A DNA stretch of 64,000 nt. Origin: Haliotis rufescens (lineage: Eukaryota). Of the stretch, positions 37,321-50,925 are shown one piece after another; position 1 is the stretch's first letter, and every line of letters starts with the position of its first letter. The stretch spans positions 60,450,001 to 60,514,000 of the forward strand of contig NW_025964001.1 of assembly GCF_023055435.1 (NCBI RefSeq). The letters are read 5' to 3'. The notes under the pieces were generated by a model that was not told the origin of the DNA, did not search any database, and worked only from the letters and a program-made list of their open reading frames with translations. The position numbers were made by a program, and so were the translations under genes.

Positions 37321-38612
37321 TGAGCCAGAGGCTGTTCCCAGTGTTACTGTGATAATTCATCTTCATTGATTCAATTACTTTTTAAAACAATCTTGCTCTC
37401 GTCGATTCTTTTGAATGGGTGGACAAGATTCACACATTGAGTAAATGAGTGAGTGAGTGTGTGAGTGTGAGTGAGTGAGTGAGTGAGTGAGTGATTATTG
37501 CTTCACGTCGCTTCAGCAATCTTGCAGCTATTCGCGGCGAGCACATTATGAGGAATAATTCATGTTATATAATAGTTACGATAATTGGTAAGAAAGGCGA
37601 AAGTGAAATATCTACAGTGTCCTCTGTTGAAACGTTTCACCCTGCACTATAAACTAACCTCACAGTTACAAGTACGAGACGTAGAGATGGTAATAAATCA
37701 CGCTCAAATCTAGACTCACAAGGGCTTCTGACAAAACTGCTGGTCCATGGACAAATACACGAAGGTCCGCCTGCAGATTGCACAAGCATTGACGCAAACA
37801 ACAGTCCACTTATTACAGAGAGTTTGCCCAACGTGTACGCCAAAGGTGACTTGAGAGGTACATGGCTGACTTTTAAAGGGTCGCCCGCTTTATGAAAAAG
37901 GAACTGTATTTTGAATATCACGGGGTTGTCTGTAATACTTTTCACCACGGCAAACATTAAGCAGGTACAATGACGGCTCGACAAGCGTAACACTAACCCG
38001 GCACATATTCACCAACAATAGCTACACTCTCTCCAACCAAGGCTCTTAAAAGTCTTGCCTTATTAAGTATGCATGTACGGGATTTGATATGAAACATTAT
38101 ACCATTCAACTTTGCCGTGTTTTGAAACCTGTCTGTCAGTAGGCGAAGTACTTTACATATTGTGATAAGTGTCATGAGATTACTGTCATCGTGGTGTCCG
38201 CGAAGTCAACATCAACTCAACGACTTTGCCAGAAAGTAAATACGTTAGTTTTACTGAACTCAGCAAATGTATCATTGCCTGGTTTCATTTAATTTTCACC
38301 GCTTGTTTGCCGTTGCCTAATGGAATCTTTTTGTCCGATGATGTACCTTGGTACTAGTCTGTCGTTGACGATTTATATTTATGCTTGTCGTAAGAGGCGA
38401 CTAACGGGATCAGGTGGTCAGGCTTGCTGACTTGGTTTGATTCATGTCATCTTATCCCAATTGCGTGGATCGATGCTCATGATGTCAAGCACTGGATTGT
38501 CTGGTCCAGATTCGATTATTTACAGACCGCTGTCATACAGCTGGAATATTGCCGAGTGCGGCGTTAAACAACAAACTAACAAACAAAACATTTTAATTCC
38601 TCCAATATAATC

Positions 38613-39170
38613 CACAGGACCTCCATGTACACCCATCCACGGGACCTCCATTTTCACCCATCCACGGGACATCTATCTGCACCCATCCACGTGACCTCCA
38701 TCTTCACCCATCCACGGGACATCTATCTGCACCCATCCACCGGACCTCCATCTGCACCCATCCACGGGACATCTATCTGCACCCATCCACGAGACCTCCA
38801 CCTTCACCCATCCACGGGACATCTATCAGCACCCATCCACGGGACCTCCTTCTTCACTCATCCACGGGACATCTATCTGCACCCATCCACGAGACCTCCA
38901 CCTTCACCCATCCACGGGACATCTATCTGCATCCATCCACGGGACCTCCACCTTCACCCATCCACGGGACATCTATCTGCACCCATCCACGTGACCTCCA
39001 CCTTCACACAACCACGGGACCTCCACCTTCACCTACCCACAGGACCTCAACCTTCACCCATCCACAGGACCTCCAAGTTCACCCATTCACGGGACCGCCA
39101 CCTTCACCCATCCACAGGACCTCCATCGTCACCCATTCACGGGACCTCAATCTTCACCCATAAACGAGGC
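38613..39170. repeat. 25-bp minisatellite, about 22 units, with two alternating variants
   Basis: acccatccacgggacatctatctgc and acccatccacgggacctccaccttc. Confidence 0.93.
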
Positions 39171-39823
39171 CTTCTTAACCCATTCACAGGTAGGACTCCT
39201 GTCACCTTCACCCTTCCACAAGACCCTCATCGTTCTTCACCCTACCACGGGACTTCCATTGACCTTCCTGCTGTCATCTTGCACGAGTTGAAGTCACCTC
39301 TCCATCATTACCAATGATGCGACAAAGCAATGTGCCAGTGGGTCGTCATTGCACAATGGCGGGACTGACACCGGACACAGTCAATGTCCCCATCAATGGG
39401 GCTGTTCCTTGCTTCATTCACCGGGGATTTACCCTGGGTCGTCGAAGATAGCGGTGCACCACAGTCAGGGTCGTCGTGGACGTGATGTGGCGTGTGTGGA
39501 ACAGTCGTTGCTGCCATGGAGTGTTTAGATAAGGGTTAGCGGGTTAAACACTCTCTTTAGCCGATAGGATCGGGGCAAACTCGTGGGCTCCTGTTGTCAA
39601 CCCGATACGCCGACTCTGAATGACGGGAATGTGGCAACAATGTCCGAGTCAACAACTGGACTCACCGGCACAGACAGCAAAGTAGACTGAACAAAATGTG
39701 TAACATTGTGTGGAATGTTGGCAGACATGTCACGAGGGCAGAGGTGGGAAAGGTGTAGGCATCATCAAGGACCCCATGAGTACAATACCTTGGATGTCTT
39801 TACATTCATGTCCAGGCAGTGAT

Positions 39824-40091
39824 GGTTGGTTGGTTGGTTAGTTTGTTGCTTAACGCCGCACTCAGCAATATTCCAGACAGCTGTATGTAAATAATCGAGT
39901 CTGGACCCGACAATCCAGTGATTGACATCCTGAGCATCGAGCCACGTAATTGCGACCGATGACATGCATCAACCAAGTCGGCGAGCCTGACCACCCGTTC
40001 CCGTTTGTCGCGTCTTACGACAAGCATAGTCGCCATTTACGGCAAGCATGGGTTGCTGAAGACATATTCTAACCCGGATCTTCACGGGTCT
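39824..40091 (-). mobile_element. Family C element, full length
   Basis: Similarity to other copies. Confidence 0.92.
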
Positions 40092-41140
40092 CTTGAGACA
40101 ACGTTATAAAGAATATGCAGGTCTACGACCTCTCCGTCCTCTAGGACCTCAATCCACCATCACCTCACCAAAACACCCTCCCCCAACCTCAACCCCACCC
40201 CCACCGTAATTAAATAATGCAGTGACATTAACCTATATTTCACTTTGGGAATATTTGATGACGCAGCTACACCTTGTCTCATATAAAGACACGGAATATT
40301 CATGGATACAATGAATACCAGCGCTATCCGGGGGCAAGGGCGGCAACCACTTCGCCTCCTACACTCCGGTTGCCCTGTAGGCTTGCCACGCTAGGCGTCC
40401 CGTTCGTCCTCCGCGAACTATTTCGAACTACCTCGCCGATATTGTACCGTTGCTTTAACACGGCAACCAGTTCCAAGAACTCGTGAGAAAGGTGGTTAGG
40501 CAAGGTGACTGTCTGTGTGCCGTGCTTTCACGAAAACAGCAAACGGTTACGAGCTGCGTCCATTTCAACTGTCCACCCACATGTAACGGGCTCGCCGTTA
40601 GATAAACAAAACAAACATGATAAACCCGGCGACAGAGTCCTGCCACTCACCCACCCACCCACTCAGTCGACTCAAACGGAGTGTATAGAAGACATGCTGC
40701 CACCAATCAGCCTTAATGATGCCGTGCGTTATAAAATAACGTTCGATTACCAAGTGTATTTTATATCCGCTCTACAAAAAAAACACCATGTACCCATTCG
40801 CTGTCATGGCCTTTTTATGAAGTGTATTAATCAAATGACATGCCGCTAAAATCATTTCCTCATATATTATAATATATTTCAGATGCAATTTAAATCACAT
40901 CGGGGCGTGCGGAATAATACAGTATGATTGAACACATTTAAAAGTGTCTTGGGTATATTTTTATATGCAAGACATATGTAAAATCAAAAATTATTTCTGT
41001 GGGATTTTTTGACGAAGAACTTGAAGTCATATGCGCATTCTGATTGGTTTGTCGTATTTTCGCACATAACATTCATCAATAGGGGGACGAGTCTTCTTGC
41101 AGGTTACGGAAAGGGGCGAGTGGTGACGAATGATGGAGAT

Positions 41141-41156
41141 GTGACGTCACTTCCGG
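41141..41156 (-). promoter_or_regulatory. Perfect overlapping ETS-CRE composite motif CCGGAAGTGACGTCAC
   Basis: Exact 16-mer; a CCAAT box (ctgattgg) lies about 100 bp away; function unproven. Confidence 0.3.
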
Positions 41157-41898
41157 CACGACGCTTTGTGGCAAGCTGATCCAGGGTATTTAGCATAACA
41201 GTATAGCCATATTATACGCTGGGTTATCGAGGGTGACTTTCGGACAACATGCATGCACATCTTTACCGGTAACGTCTGACATGCCGACACTCACCATACC
41301 TCCGTCTGAGCACTCCTCGGCCTCCATTGATAGAACCTGAAGCGTGTCCTTCGGAATCTTACAAGTAAGTTTCATTGACAACACAGGGAGATTAATAAAA
41401 CGTTTCTTTGTTGCAGCAATGAAGGATTGGCTCTCATTGTATTTAATGTCTTCGTCGCTGCAAGAGATATTCAGGGACAACGAATCTGACTGCACTGGGT
41501 TGGGTGCGCATCTCTCCTAAGTGAACTTTCGACTGTGTTACCAGAGACCACATCCCGGTACACGACTGAAATCTGTATTATTCTTTAATGAATGTTTGCT
41601 AATGTTTTTTCAGTCATATTCGTTTGTTTGGCCTTGTAGTTTTAAAGATCCCAGTTTTCAAGTCAACTTGAAATGGATAACTCACTTGATCCTGAGAATA
41701 TTTTATGGACTTGAAGATTTCACTCAAGCATTGCCAGCAGGAATCTCGTCATTCTTATATTGACAGCTTTGTGTCGTTATCTCCAAAAAGCGAAATGTAG
41801 AAATGTTCGAGTCTGGACCAGGCAAACCAGGAATTGATGTCATGGGTTCTGATCCACATCAGAACATAATACAGCACACCTCATAGTTACACTCTCGG

Positions 41899-42171
41899 CA
41901 CCTGTGAAGATCCGGGTTTGAATAGGCCAGCAACCCATGCTTGCCGTAAAAGGCGACTATGCTTGTCATAAGAGGCGACTAACGGGATCAGGTGGTCAGA
42001 AACGCTGTCTTGGTTGGTGCATGTCATCGTATCCCAATTGCTTGGATCGATGCTCATGATGTCAGTCGTTGTTTTTTTCTGGTCCAGACTCGATTATTTA
42101 CAGACCGCCGTCATGTAGCTGGAATATTGCTTAGTGCCGTCTTAAACATCAAACAAACAAACAAACAAACA
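41899..42171 (+). mobile_element. Family C element, full length
   Basis: Similarity to other copies; AAAC tail. Confidence 0.92.
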
Positions 42172-43462
42172 ACCCTCGGATTATTGCGAATTATTCTACA
42201 TGAAGTAAATCCACATAATGTCAATAAAACCTGACTGTAAAACACAAGATCTGTTTATACAACTGTTAAAAGCATATCATCTTACTTGGAACGTAATGGG
42301 TCGTGTAAGGACGACACTCAAAAAAAAGGATTAAAAAATTCTATCATTATTTGCGAAAAATATTTTGAACTCTTTAACCATTGTAAGACGTATTGAAATG
42401 ATAAGTGGCTAAAAGTCATGTGAAATGCCATTCATCCCACAGAGCACCGGGTGACATTTGACCCCTGTAAAGAGGAAGGGCAGAGGTCACGCAGGTGCAA
42501 CGTTGCGTGCACCAGCTTTATCGTCCATATCGGCGTGATTTTCATGGCGAAGGCTTAAATCAGATAAGCATCTTGCACAACCAGAATAATAGCAGGCATA
42601 CTGCTAGAGGCTACAAGATTGGTGTAAAGTTAAAAGTCAAGTGCCTTGTAACACGAGTTATCCGCTTTCCTAATACATATGAGACGATAAGGTTATTTAT
42701 ATAATAAACATGCAATTCCTAAATAGGGGCATTATACCCTTGAGAAATAACCTTGTTGCCAAACTCATTAGGCAAATGGGGCTATTGCCAGTGTTGGTCA
42801 CGGTTCTTGTATGAGACAATTGTTCTAATATAATTTTCTAGGCAGTTGTTTGAAGTGAGTCGACTGTTGACCTTTTTAAAAATAAATATTAGGAAACTAC
42901 TAATGATAAATGGAATAGACGGCAGCCCTGTCGCAGTTCACGTGTGAAAATACAGGCGGAAATGGAAATTACATATTGGTCCAATTCAATGTGACGCACC
43001 CAGTAAATAAAAACTTAATTGCATACTTAGAACAGCCGCATTCGTGTAATGTTGGTCTATATATATAAATAGTTCCTTGATTGGAACTTAAAATGTTTGA
43101 CCAGACGTTCAGTATCAGTTGTGAAAATGTGCCGATGCGTTCATGTTGCATTGCTAGCTACACCTATGACAGATAGTATTATTATCTATCATGCAATTAT
43201 GTTGGCAATGGGCGGTGCACTCCCTATATTCACACAGTTCACTTCAGTTCACTGCGGTTCACTGCGGTTCACTAAGATATGTTCAAATGTTACTCGGTGT
43301 ACCTACCCTCTACGTAACACAGTGCATTCAAAGAGACACAATCACCTCGTAATAGCTGAGGCCACCAATGCACATCCTGGAGATCGCCGCATTAAACGGC
43401 ATACTTGTGACAGGCATATATATCTGATATATATTGAATAAAACAAGTTAGGGACAACAATA

Positions 43463-44226
43463 TAGACAAGTTATGGATAACAACTTCTTTATTCACTTTG
43501 CCCATCTTTATTTTTTTTCATCATGTTGTTAAAGTATTATCCTTCTGTTGTCATTGCCTAACCTACTCACGTTAATCTCTCTATAGTATGCAATTGTTGT
43601 TACTGTTAATCCCCCACCTACTATATATATATTCTGTACCATGTTCCTTTTCCAACACAACACAGAACACTAAATTCCACACTAACCTACAACAACTAAA
43701 TGACACCAACAACTTTACTAAACCCCTTAAAAAACTTACAAACCTATAAAGCACTAGGCATTTATTTAATCAAAACAGGCCTACTCGGCCGCTTTTAAAA
43801 AAAACCCCAAAAAAACCCCAAAAAACCACATTAAACAAGCTACCAACAAAACATATTAATCATAAATCTATAAAAACAACAACCTCCATTATTTTCCCCA
43901 CCTTATTAGCATGGCATATTTCAAAATTCCAAATTTCCGCCAAAATTAATTAAGCGACCATAAAGCCCCTCCAGGTTGCCTTACCTTTCGGACATACCCT
44001 TCTCAACCACATCACTAAATGGCCTGGCGGGCCCGTACGCGAAATACCCCTATGTCGGATAGCGCACGTTAAAACCCAAACAAAATAAGTCGTTTTTCGG
44101 CCTTGCTTGACACCGGTATAAGGATCTATGCTGAAACGTCGCCTTTACAGTATTAAAGAAGTTGTTATCCATAAATTGTCTCTACTTTGTCATCCGTCAA
44201 CTTCTAAGTAGTGCCTATCAAACAAT
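43463..44226 (+). mobile_element. Penelope-like non-autonomous remnant with short inverted 5' piece
   Basis: tagacaagttatggataacaacttcttta (43463-43491) inverted against 44154-44184; hammerhead-like motif at 44106-44140. Confidence 0.6.
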
Positions 44227-44514
44227 GAAGTAAAAGTTCATGAATGTTTTGGGGGAATATGTGTATGAAATTGTGGGCTCAGTATATCTATGGGCCGTAC
44301 ATGTCACCTGTATTGGTAAAGATTGACTGACGATACACGGCAAAGTAATGCTGACACCGCAGGAGCTTCCAGTATGCAGTTCCTGAGGTAATAACGTGAT
44401 GCTAGGCACAGGGCTTTGTGTCGTTGCTTAAATATTTCTAGACCTAAAGATACATAAAATAGGTTGTGCGCAGATGCAATGCTACTTTATCAATAATAAT
44501 AATGATATTTTTTT

Positions 44515-44773
44515 ATTTGTTTGTTGTTTACCACCGCACTCAACAATATTCCAGCTGTATGACGGTGGTATGTAGATAATCGAGCCTGGACCAGACAATC
44601 CAGTGATTGATATCATGGGCATCGATCCACGCCATTGGGAACCGATGACATGCATCAACCAAGTCAGCGAGCCTGACCACCCGATCCCGTTAGTCGCCTC
44701 TTACGACAAGCATAGTCGCCTTTTACGGCATGCATGGGTCGCTGAAGACCTATTCTACCCAGGATCTTCACGG
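44515..44773 (-). mobile_element. Family C element inserted in the (AAT)n tail of a Deu/Nin-type SINE remnant (to about 44920)
   Basis: AAT repeats on both sides; remnant resembles 26096-26305. Confidence 0.85.
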
Positions 44774-45800
44774 ATAATAATAATAATAATAATAATCATA
44801 ATAATATTAATAATAAAAATTCAGGAATAAGCATGCTAATGCTGCTACATTATTATTATCCCGGTAAGTGAATCAGTGTGCACTCGATTTTCTTGATCAG
44901 CTCCCTGGGGAGTATACAGCTATATCAAAACGTGAATATGTGATTTGGCGGACCAGGTTATGATTTTACCGACGTGGGTATGCGCGGTGTTTGACAGTCT
45001 GACAACGCCTTTACAATTCGCCACTGCCATCAACATGCTGTACATTAATGCCAGTGTTATTATTTCTGTCCGCGCGACCAGTGGACGGTGACCCCTTCAG
45101 GGTGTACGACGGCACTTCAACGCCAGGCATAGTCCAAGCACCAGCGGGGTCTCAGGGCCACGGGGCTTTATAATTGCCCCCGCTGACAGTCCGACACAAT
45201 GCGCAACATCGTCTCTTGTAACACATGCTGCTGTTGGCGGGGGGAGAGGAAGTAGAGGGTTCAAAAGAAAATGAAACGCCATCTGTCACATGTCAAGACA
45301 TTGGATCTCATATTGTCCGGTAAAGATGAAGCATCGAAGCTTTCCCATGGCCCCGTTCCTCACAGCGGTCTTAGCGCTTCCTCTACCTTCACCTGCTCTG
45401 TGTACACCCCGCCAAGACGTCGTTGAATCACAGCGTTGTTTGTTTGTTTGTTGTTTAACGCCGCACTCAGCAATATTCCAGCTATATGACGGTGGTCTGT
45501 AAATAATCGAGTCTGGACCAGACAATCCAGTGATTGACATCATGAGCATCGATCCACGCAATTGGGATACGATGACATGCAAGTAGGCGGGTCTGACCAC
45601 TTGATCTTGTTAGTCGTCTCTTACAGATACGCTAATACATGTTCTGTTAAATGAGGGTCATTATTCCCAATAATGCAGTCCCAATGGATCATAGCACATT
45701 GCACGATTATTGTTACCATAGATGCACAACAGGTCCAACCTCTACCATATACACATGCATCACCACTGCGTCTAGTACAGGCAGTGAGAGGTATAGAATT

Positions 45801-45968
45801 ATAAAACGTCAATGCCAGAGAATAACCAGTCTCGATTATCCGCCGAAACAGATTCTAATGGACGTAAAAGTCAAATAGCGGTGAAAATTACATAAATGGA
45901 TCACTGAAAATCAATGATAACACCAGGTGTTCGCGAAAAGGGATAGCATGTCCTTCTGGCAGCACCAC
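45801..45968. mobile_element. Family F dispersed repeat (other copies about 36015-36087, 58305-58425, 60703-61278)
   Basis: Shared cgtcaatgccagagaataaccagt..gattatccgccgaaacagattc; two copies are hosts for MITEs. Confidence 0.75.
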
Positions 45969-46233
45969 ACCTTTACATAAAGAGTAAGTATTTTGCCTGA
46001 AGTGTTCTACGTTGTGGAGTGAATGGAATGTCAGTCGGCAGTTATGTATGTAACATGTCTAAGGCAAACGCTACATGAAGACAAGCTTGGAATATTTGTG
46101 AAATGTATGTACATGTTTACACACAAGAAACATCCGACATAGAAAGTCGACGTCACATTTGATGAACTGAATATTCAGCATTGTACTGCTATGAAGTCGT
46201 TTTTACGTATAGAATAAAGGGTTAAATGTAGGG

Positions 46234-47636
46234 TCCACACTGGAGTATAAAGGTTTAGTGTCCACACTGGAGTATATAGGTTTAGTGTCCACACTGGAGT
46301 ATAGAGGTTTAGTGTCCACACTGAAGTATAGAGGTTTAGTGTCCAAACTGGAGTATATAGGTTTAGTGTCCACACTGGAGTATAGAGGGTTAGTGTCCAC
46401 ACTGGAGTATAGAGGTTTAGTGTCCACGCTGGAGTATAGAGGTTTAGTGTCCACACTGGAGTAAAGAGGTTTAATGTCCACACTGGAGTATAGAGGTTTA
46501 GTGTCCACACTGGAGTATAGAGGTTTAGTGTCCACAGTGGAGTATAGGGGGTAGTGTCCACACTGGAGTATAGAGGTTTAGTGTCCACACTGGGCTATAG
46601 AGGTTTAGTGTCCACACTGGAGTATAGAGGTTTAGTGTCCACACTGGAGTATAGAGGTTTAGTGTCCACGCTGGAGTATAGAGGTTTAGTGTCCACACTG
46701 GGCTATAGAGGTTTAGTGTCCACACTGGAGTATAGAGGTTTAGTGTCCACACTGGAGTATAGAGGTATGTCCACACTGGAATATAGAGGTTTAGTGTCCA
46801 CACTGGGCTATAGAGGTTTAGTGTCCACACTGGAGTATAGAGGTTTAGTGTCCACACTGGAGTATAGAGGTTTAGTGTCCACGCTGGAGTATAGAGGTGT
46901 AGTGTCCACGCTGGAGTATAGAGGTTTAGTGTCCACACTGGAGTATAGAGGTTTAGTGTCCACACTGGAGTATAGAGGTTTAGTGTCCACACTGGAATAT
47001 AGAGGTTTAGTGTCCACACTGGGCTATAGAGGTTTAGTGTCCACAGTGGAGTATAGGGGGTAGTGTCCACACTGGAGTATAGAGGTTTAGTGTCCACACT
47101 GGGCTATAGAGGTTTAGTGTCCACACTGGAGTATAGAGGTTTAGTGTCCACACTGGAGTATAGAGGTTTAGTGTCCACGCTGGAGTATAGAGGTTTCATG
47201 TATTGTCCACGCTGGAGTATAGAGGTTCATGTATTGTCCACGCTGGAGTATAGAGGTTTAGTGCCCACACTGGAATATAGAGGTTTAGTGTCCACGCTGG
47301 AGTATAGAGGTTTAGTGTCCACACTGGAGTATAGAGGTTTAGTGTCCACGCTGGAGTATAGAGGTTTCATGTATTGTCCACACTGGAGTATAGAGGTTTA
47401 ATGTCCACACTGGAGTATAGAGGTTTAGTGTCCACACTGGAGTGTAGAGGTTTAGTGTCCACACTGGAGTATAGAGGTTTAGTGTCCACGCTGGAGTATA
47501 GAGGTTTAGTGTCCACGCTGGAGTATAGAGGTTTCATGTAGTGTCCACGCTGGAGTATAGAGGTTTAGTGTCCACACTGGAGTATAGAGGTTTAGTGTCA
47601 ACACTGGAGTATAGAGGTTTAGTGTAGTGTCCACGC
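46234..47636. repeat. 27-bp minisatellite, about 52 units
   Basis: gtccacactggagtatagaggtttagt, with several indel variants. Confidence 0.97.
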
Positions 47637-48435
47637 TAGCGTTAAAAAGTTTGTTTTTCATTAGTGTCCCATATTGTGTTAAAAGGTCTTTTCTATAATC
47701 CGTATAATGTTCAGATTTGTATGTAAAGCTCTCACATGAATAGTTGGCTAGATTTGAAAACATTTCTTATGACCCCAAAGAATACAAACGATGCTCTAAC
47801 AAGAACCATAAAGGATCGACAAACTTAGGTTGCTCTAATGTATTTCAGACTTTCACAAACGTAGCATATATTTACCGACTTTCTAACAAAGACGTGTTTC
47901 ACAAGACACACAAAATATAGGGATACTTTGTGTTTAACAGGTTCAGCGTCTGTCTGATAGAGAAGCTTAAGTAGATCTACCTGTAACGAGCATTGCGAAT
48001 TCTCTTCAGTATGTTACAATAGGGAATACAGAGGTGTCCTAATTCACACACCTCGAGGCCCCTTGTATGAACAGAGCCGATCAACGGAAAGCATTTTCAT
48101 GATTAAGGTTTAGAAAAGTACATTTATCAACTACATGTTTGACGTGTTTGACCTATATGTTTTCTAACATTGTTATGATAGTAAACAGGGAATACCTCTG
48201 TTCCCACTATCATATCGCGACAATGACCTTGATAGTTTGGTCATGAAATACACTGTCATGCAGTATTGCACCATAGTGTACCACTGTGCAGCGTCAGCAG
48301 ATATTCCGGGATAAATATACGAAATAGCCACCATTAACCCGTGTGTGTTTGGTGAAAGTGAACTATATCGAGTCACTTGGTTTGGTACACTCGTCAGTCA
48401 GTATCACGTTCAAGGCCGGGGCCCTTTCACTAAAG

Positions 48436-48604
48436 TGAGTGAGTGAGTGAGTATGATTTTACGCCGCTTTTAGCAATATTCCAGCAATATCACGGCGGGG
48501 GACACCAGAAATGGGCTTCACACATTGTACCCATGTCGGGAATCGAACCCGGGTCTTCGGCGTGACGAGCGAACGCTTTAACCACTAGGCTACCCGACCG
48601 CCCC
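48436..48604 (-). mobile_element. SINE family A, full length, inserted in a MITE left terminus
   Basis: TSD ccctttcactaaag on both sides. Confidence 0.95.
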
Positions 48605-48624
48605 CTTTCACTAAAGGAACGTGG

Positions 48625-49520
48625 CCCTACGGTGGTCGTAAGGCTAATAATAAGTACGTTAAAGCATACGAGTTGTGAAATTTGTAGCGCTACGGTGGTC
48701 GTAAGGCTGATAATAAGTACGTTAAAGCATACGAGTTGTGAAAGTTGTAGCGCTACGGTGGTCGTAAGGCTGTTAATAAGTACGTTAAAGCATACGAGTT
48801 GTGAATGTAGCGCTACGGTGGTCGTAAGGCTAATAATATGTACGTTAAAGCATACGAGTTGTGAAAGTTGTAGCGCTACGGTGGTCGTAAGGCTGATAAT
48901 AAGTACGTTAAAGCATACGAGTTGTGAAAGTTGTAGCGCTACGGTGGTCGTAAGGCTAATAATATGTACGTTAAAGCATACGAGTTGTGAAAGTTGCAGC
49001 GCTACGGTGGTCGTAAGGCTGATAATAAGTACGTTAAAGCATACGAGTTGTGAAAGTTGTAGCGCTACGGTGATCGTAAGGCTGATAATAAGTTCGTTAT
49101 AGCATACGAGTTGTGAAATTTGTAGCGCTACGGTGATCGTAAGGCTAATAATATGTACGTTAAAGCATACGAGTTGTGAAAGTTGTAGCGCTATGATGGT
49201 CGTAAGGCTTATAATTAGTACGTTAAAGCATACGAGTTGTGAAAGTCGTAGCGCTACGGTGGTCATAAGGCTGATAATAAGTACGTTAAAGCATACGAGT
49301 TGTGAAATTTGTAGCGCTACGGTGGTCGTAAGGCTGATAATAAGTACGTTAAAGCATACGAGTTGTGAAATTTGTAGCGCTACGGTGGTCGTAAGGCTAA
49401 TAATAAGTACGTTAAAGCATACGAGTTGTGAAAGTCGTAGCGCTACGGTGGTCGTAAGGCTAAAAATAACTACGTTAAAGCATGCGAGTTTTGAAAGTCG
49501 TAGCGCCACGATGGTCTTAA
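48625..49520. repeat. 63-bp minisatellite, about 14 units, inside a MITE
   Basis: tagcgctacggtggtcgtaagg recurs at 48685, 48748 and onward. Confidence 0.96.
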
Positions 49521-50084
49521 GTCTATGTTAAAGTATACGATAAGATATCGCTACGATCGCTTTGTTAAACCGGGCCTAGCAACTAATACTCATGTCCATA
49601 AGTTATACAACTGCATACATCATTAGACTATATCATATATTTTTTCATGTCACGCCGTTTTTGAAAAAGAAAACGTTGAACAAGGCTTCATTACAAACAT
49701 GTCCGAGATTTCATAGAGGCATCGATGCATCACCAAACAAAGCGACTTCTTCCAAGGCAATATTAAAATATAGGCTTTTCGACAATGTGTAGCAGCACAG
49801 ATCGCTTTGTGGAAGTCATTTTTTTCACGGATACCCTTCACCCTGTGCGACGCCTAAATACACAGACACATACGATGCATATTGTGCGTTGTCTGTCATG
49901 GCGTGGGGACCGTCGAGTGTCTGAGCTTATATTGAGGCCAATATTGACATCGAGGATCAACCTTGGCTTGCACACCAGGTTCCTCCCTGACAAGAAGATT
50001 CGGACCACGTGTGTGTTGGCATTATGCTGCAGGGGGTATTGGCCATGGGGCATCTGTGTTGGGTGTGTAGTAGGGCGTGTGTTG

Positions 50085-50925
50085 GCATGTGGTTTGGCAT
50101 TGTGTTTGTAAAGCTTGCGTGTTTGCATTGTGTTGAAGAGCAGGTTTGGCATTGTGTTGTAGAGCATGTGTGTTGGCATTGTGTTGTAGAGCATGTGTGT
50201 TGGCATTGTGTTGTAGAGCATGTGTGTTGGCATCGTGTTGTAGAGCAAGTGTGTTGGCATTGTGTTGTAGGGTATGTATGTTGGCATTGTGTTGTAGAGC
50301 ATGTGTGTTGGCATTGTGTTGTAGAGCATGTATGTTGGCATCGTGTTGTAGAGCATGTGTGTTGGCATTGTGTTGTAGAGCATGTGTGTTGGCATCGTGT
50401 TGTAGAGCATGTGTGTTGGCATTGTGTTGTAGAGCATGTGTGTTGGCATTGTGTTGTAGAGCATGTGTGTTGGCATTGTGTTGTAGGGCATGTATGTAGG
50501 CATTGTGTTGTAGGGCATGTATGTTGGCATTGTGTTGTAGGGCATGTATGTTGGCATCGTGTTGTAGAGCATGTATGCTGGCATTGTGTTGTAGGGCATG
50601 TGTGTTGGCATTGTGTTGTAGAGCATGTGTGTTTACATTGTGTTGTAGAGCATGTGTGTTGGCATTGTGTTGTAGAGCATGTATGTTGGCATTGTGTTGT
50701 GGAACATGTGTGTTTGCATTGTGTTGTAGAGCATGTGTGTTGGCATTGTGTTGTAGAGCATGTGTGTTGGCATTGTGTTGTAGAACATGTGTATTGTCAT
50801 TGTGATGTAGGGCATGTGTGTTGGCATTGTGTTGTGGAACATGTGTGTTGGCATTGTGTTGTAGAACATGTGTATTGTCATTGTGATGTAGGGCATGCGT
50901 GTTGGCATTGTGTTGTAGAGCATGT
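50085..50925. repeat. 27-bp TG-rich minisatellite, about 31 units
   Basis: tgttggcattgtgttgtagagcatgtg. Confidence 0.96.

Noticed and set aside
38625-39317. 230-aa His/Pro-rich ORF
   Set aside because: 25-bp unit cycling through frames
39666-39686. 21-nt minus-strand micro-exon (ttgttcag|...|gtgagt) and neighbouring GC-rich ORF
   Set aside because: Splice-like pair can occur by chance; no link to the gene model
46175-47763. STLEYRGLV / WTLNLYTPV repeat ORFs
   Set aside because: Frameshifting indels in a 27-bp array
48490-49531. 339-aa hydrophobic repeat ORF
   Set aside because: MITE-derived array; ORF ends in SINE sequence
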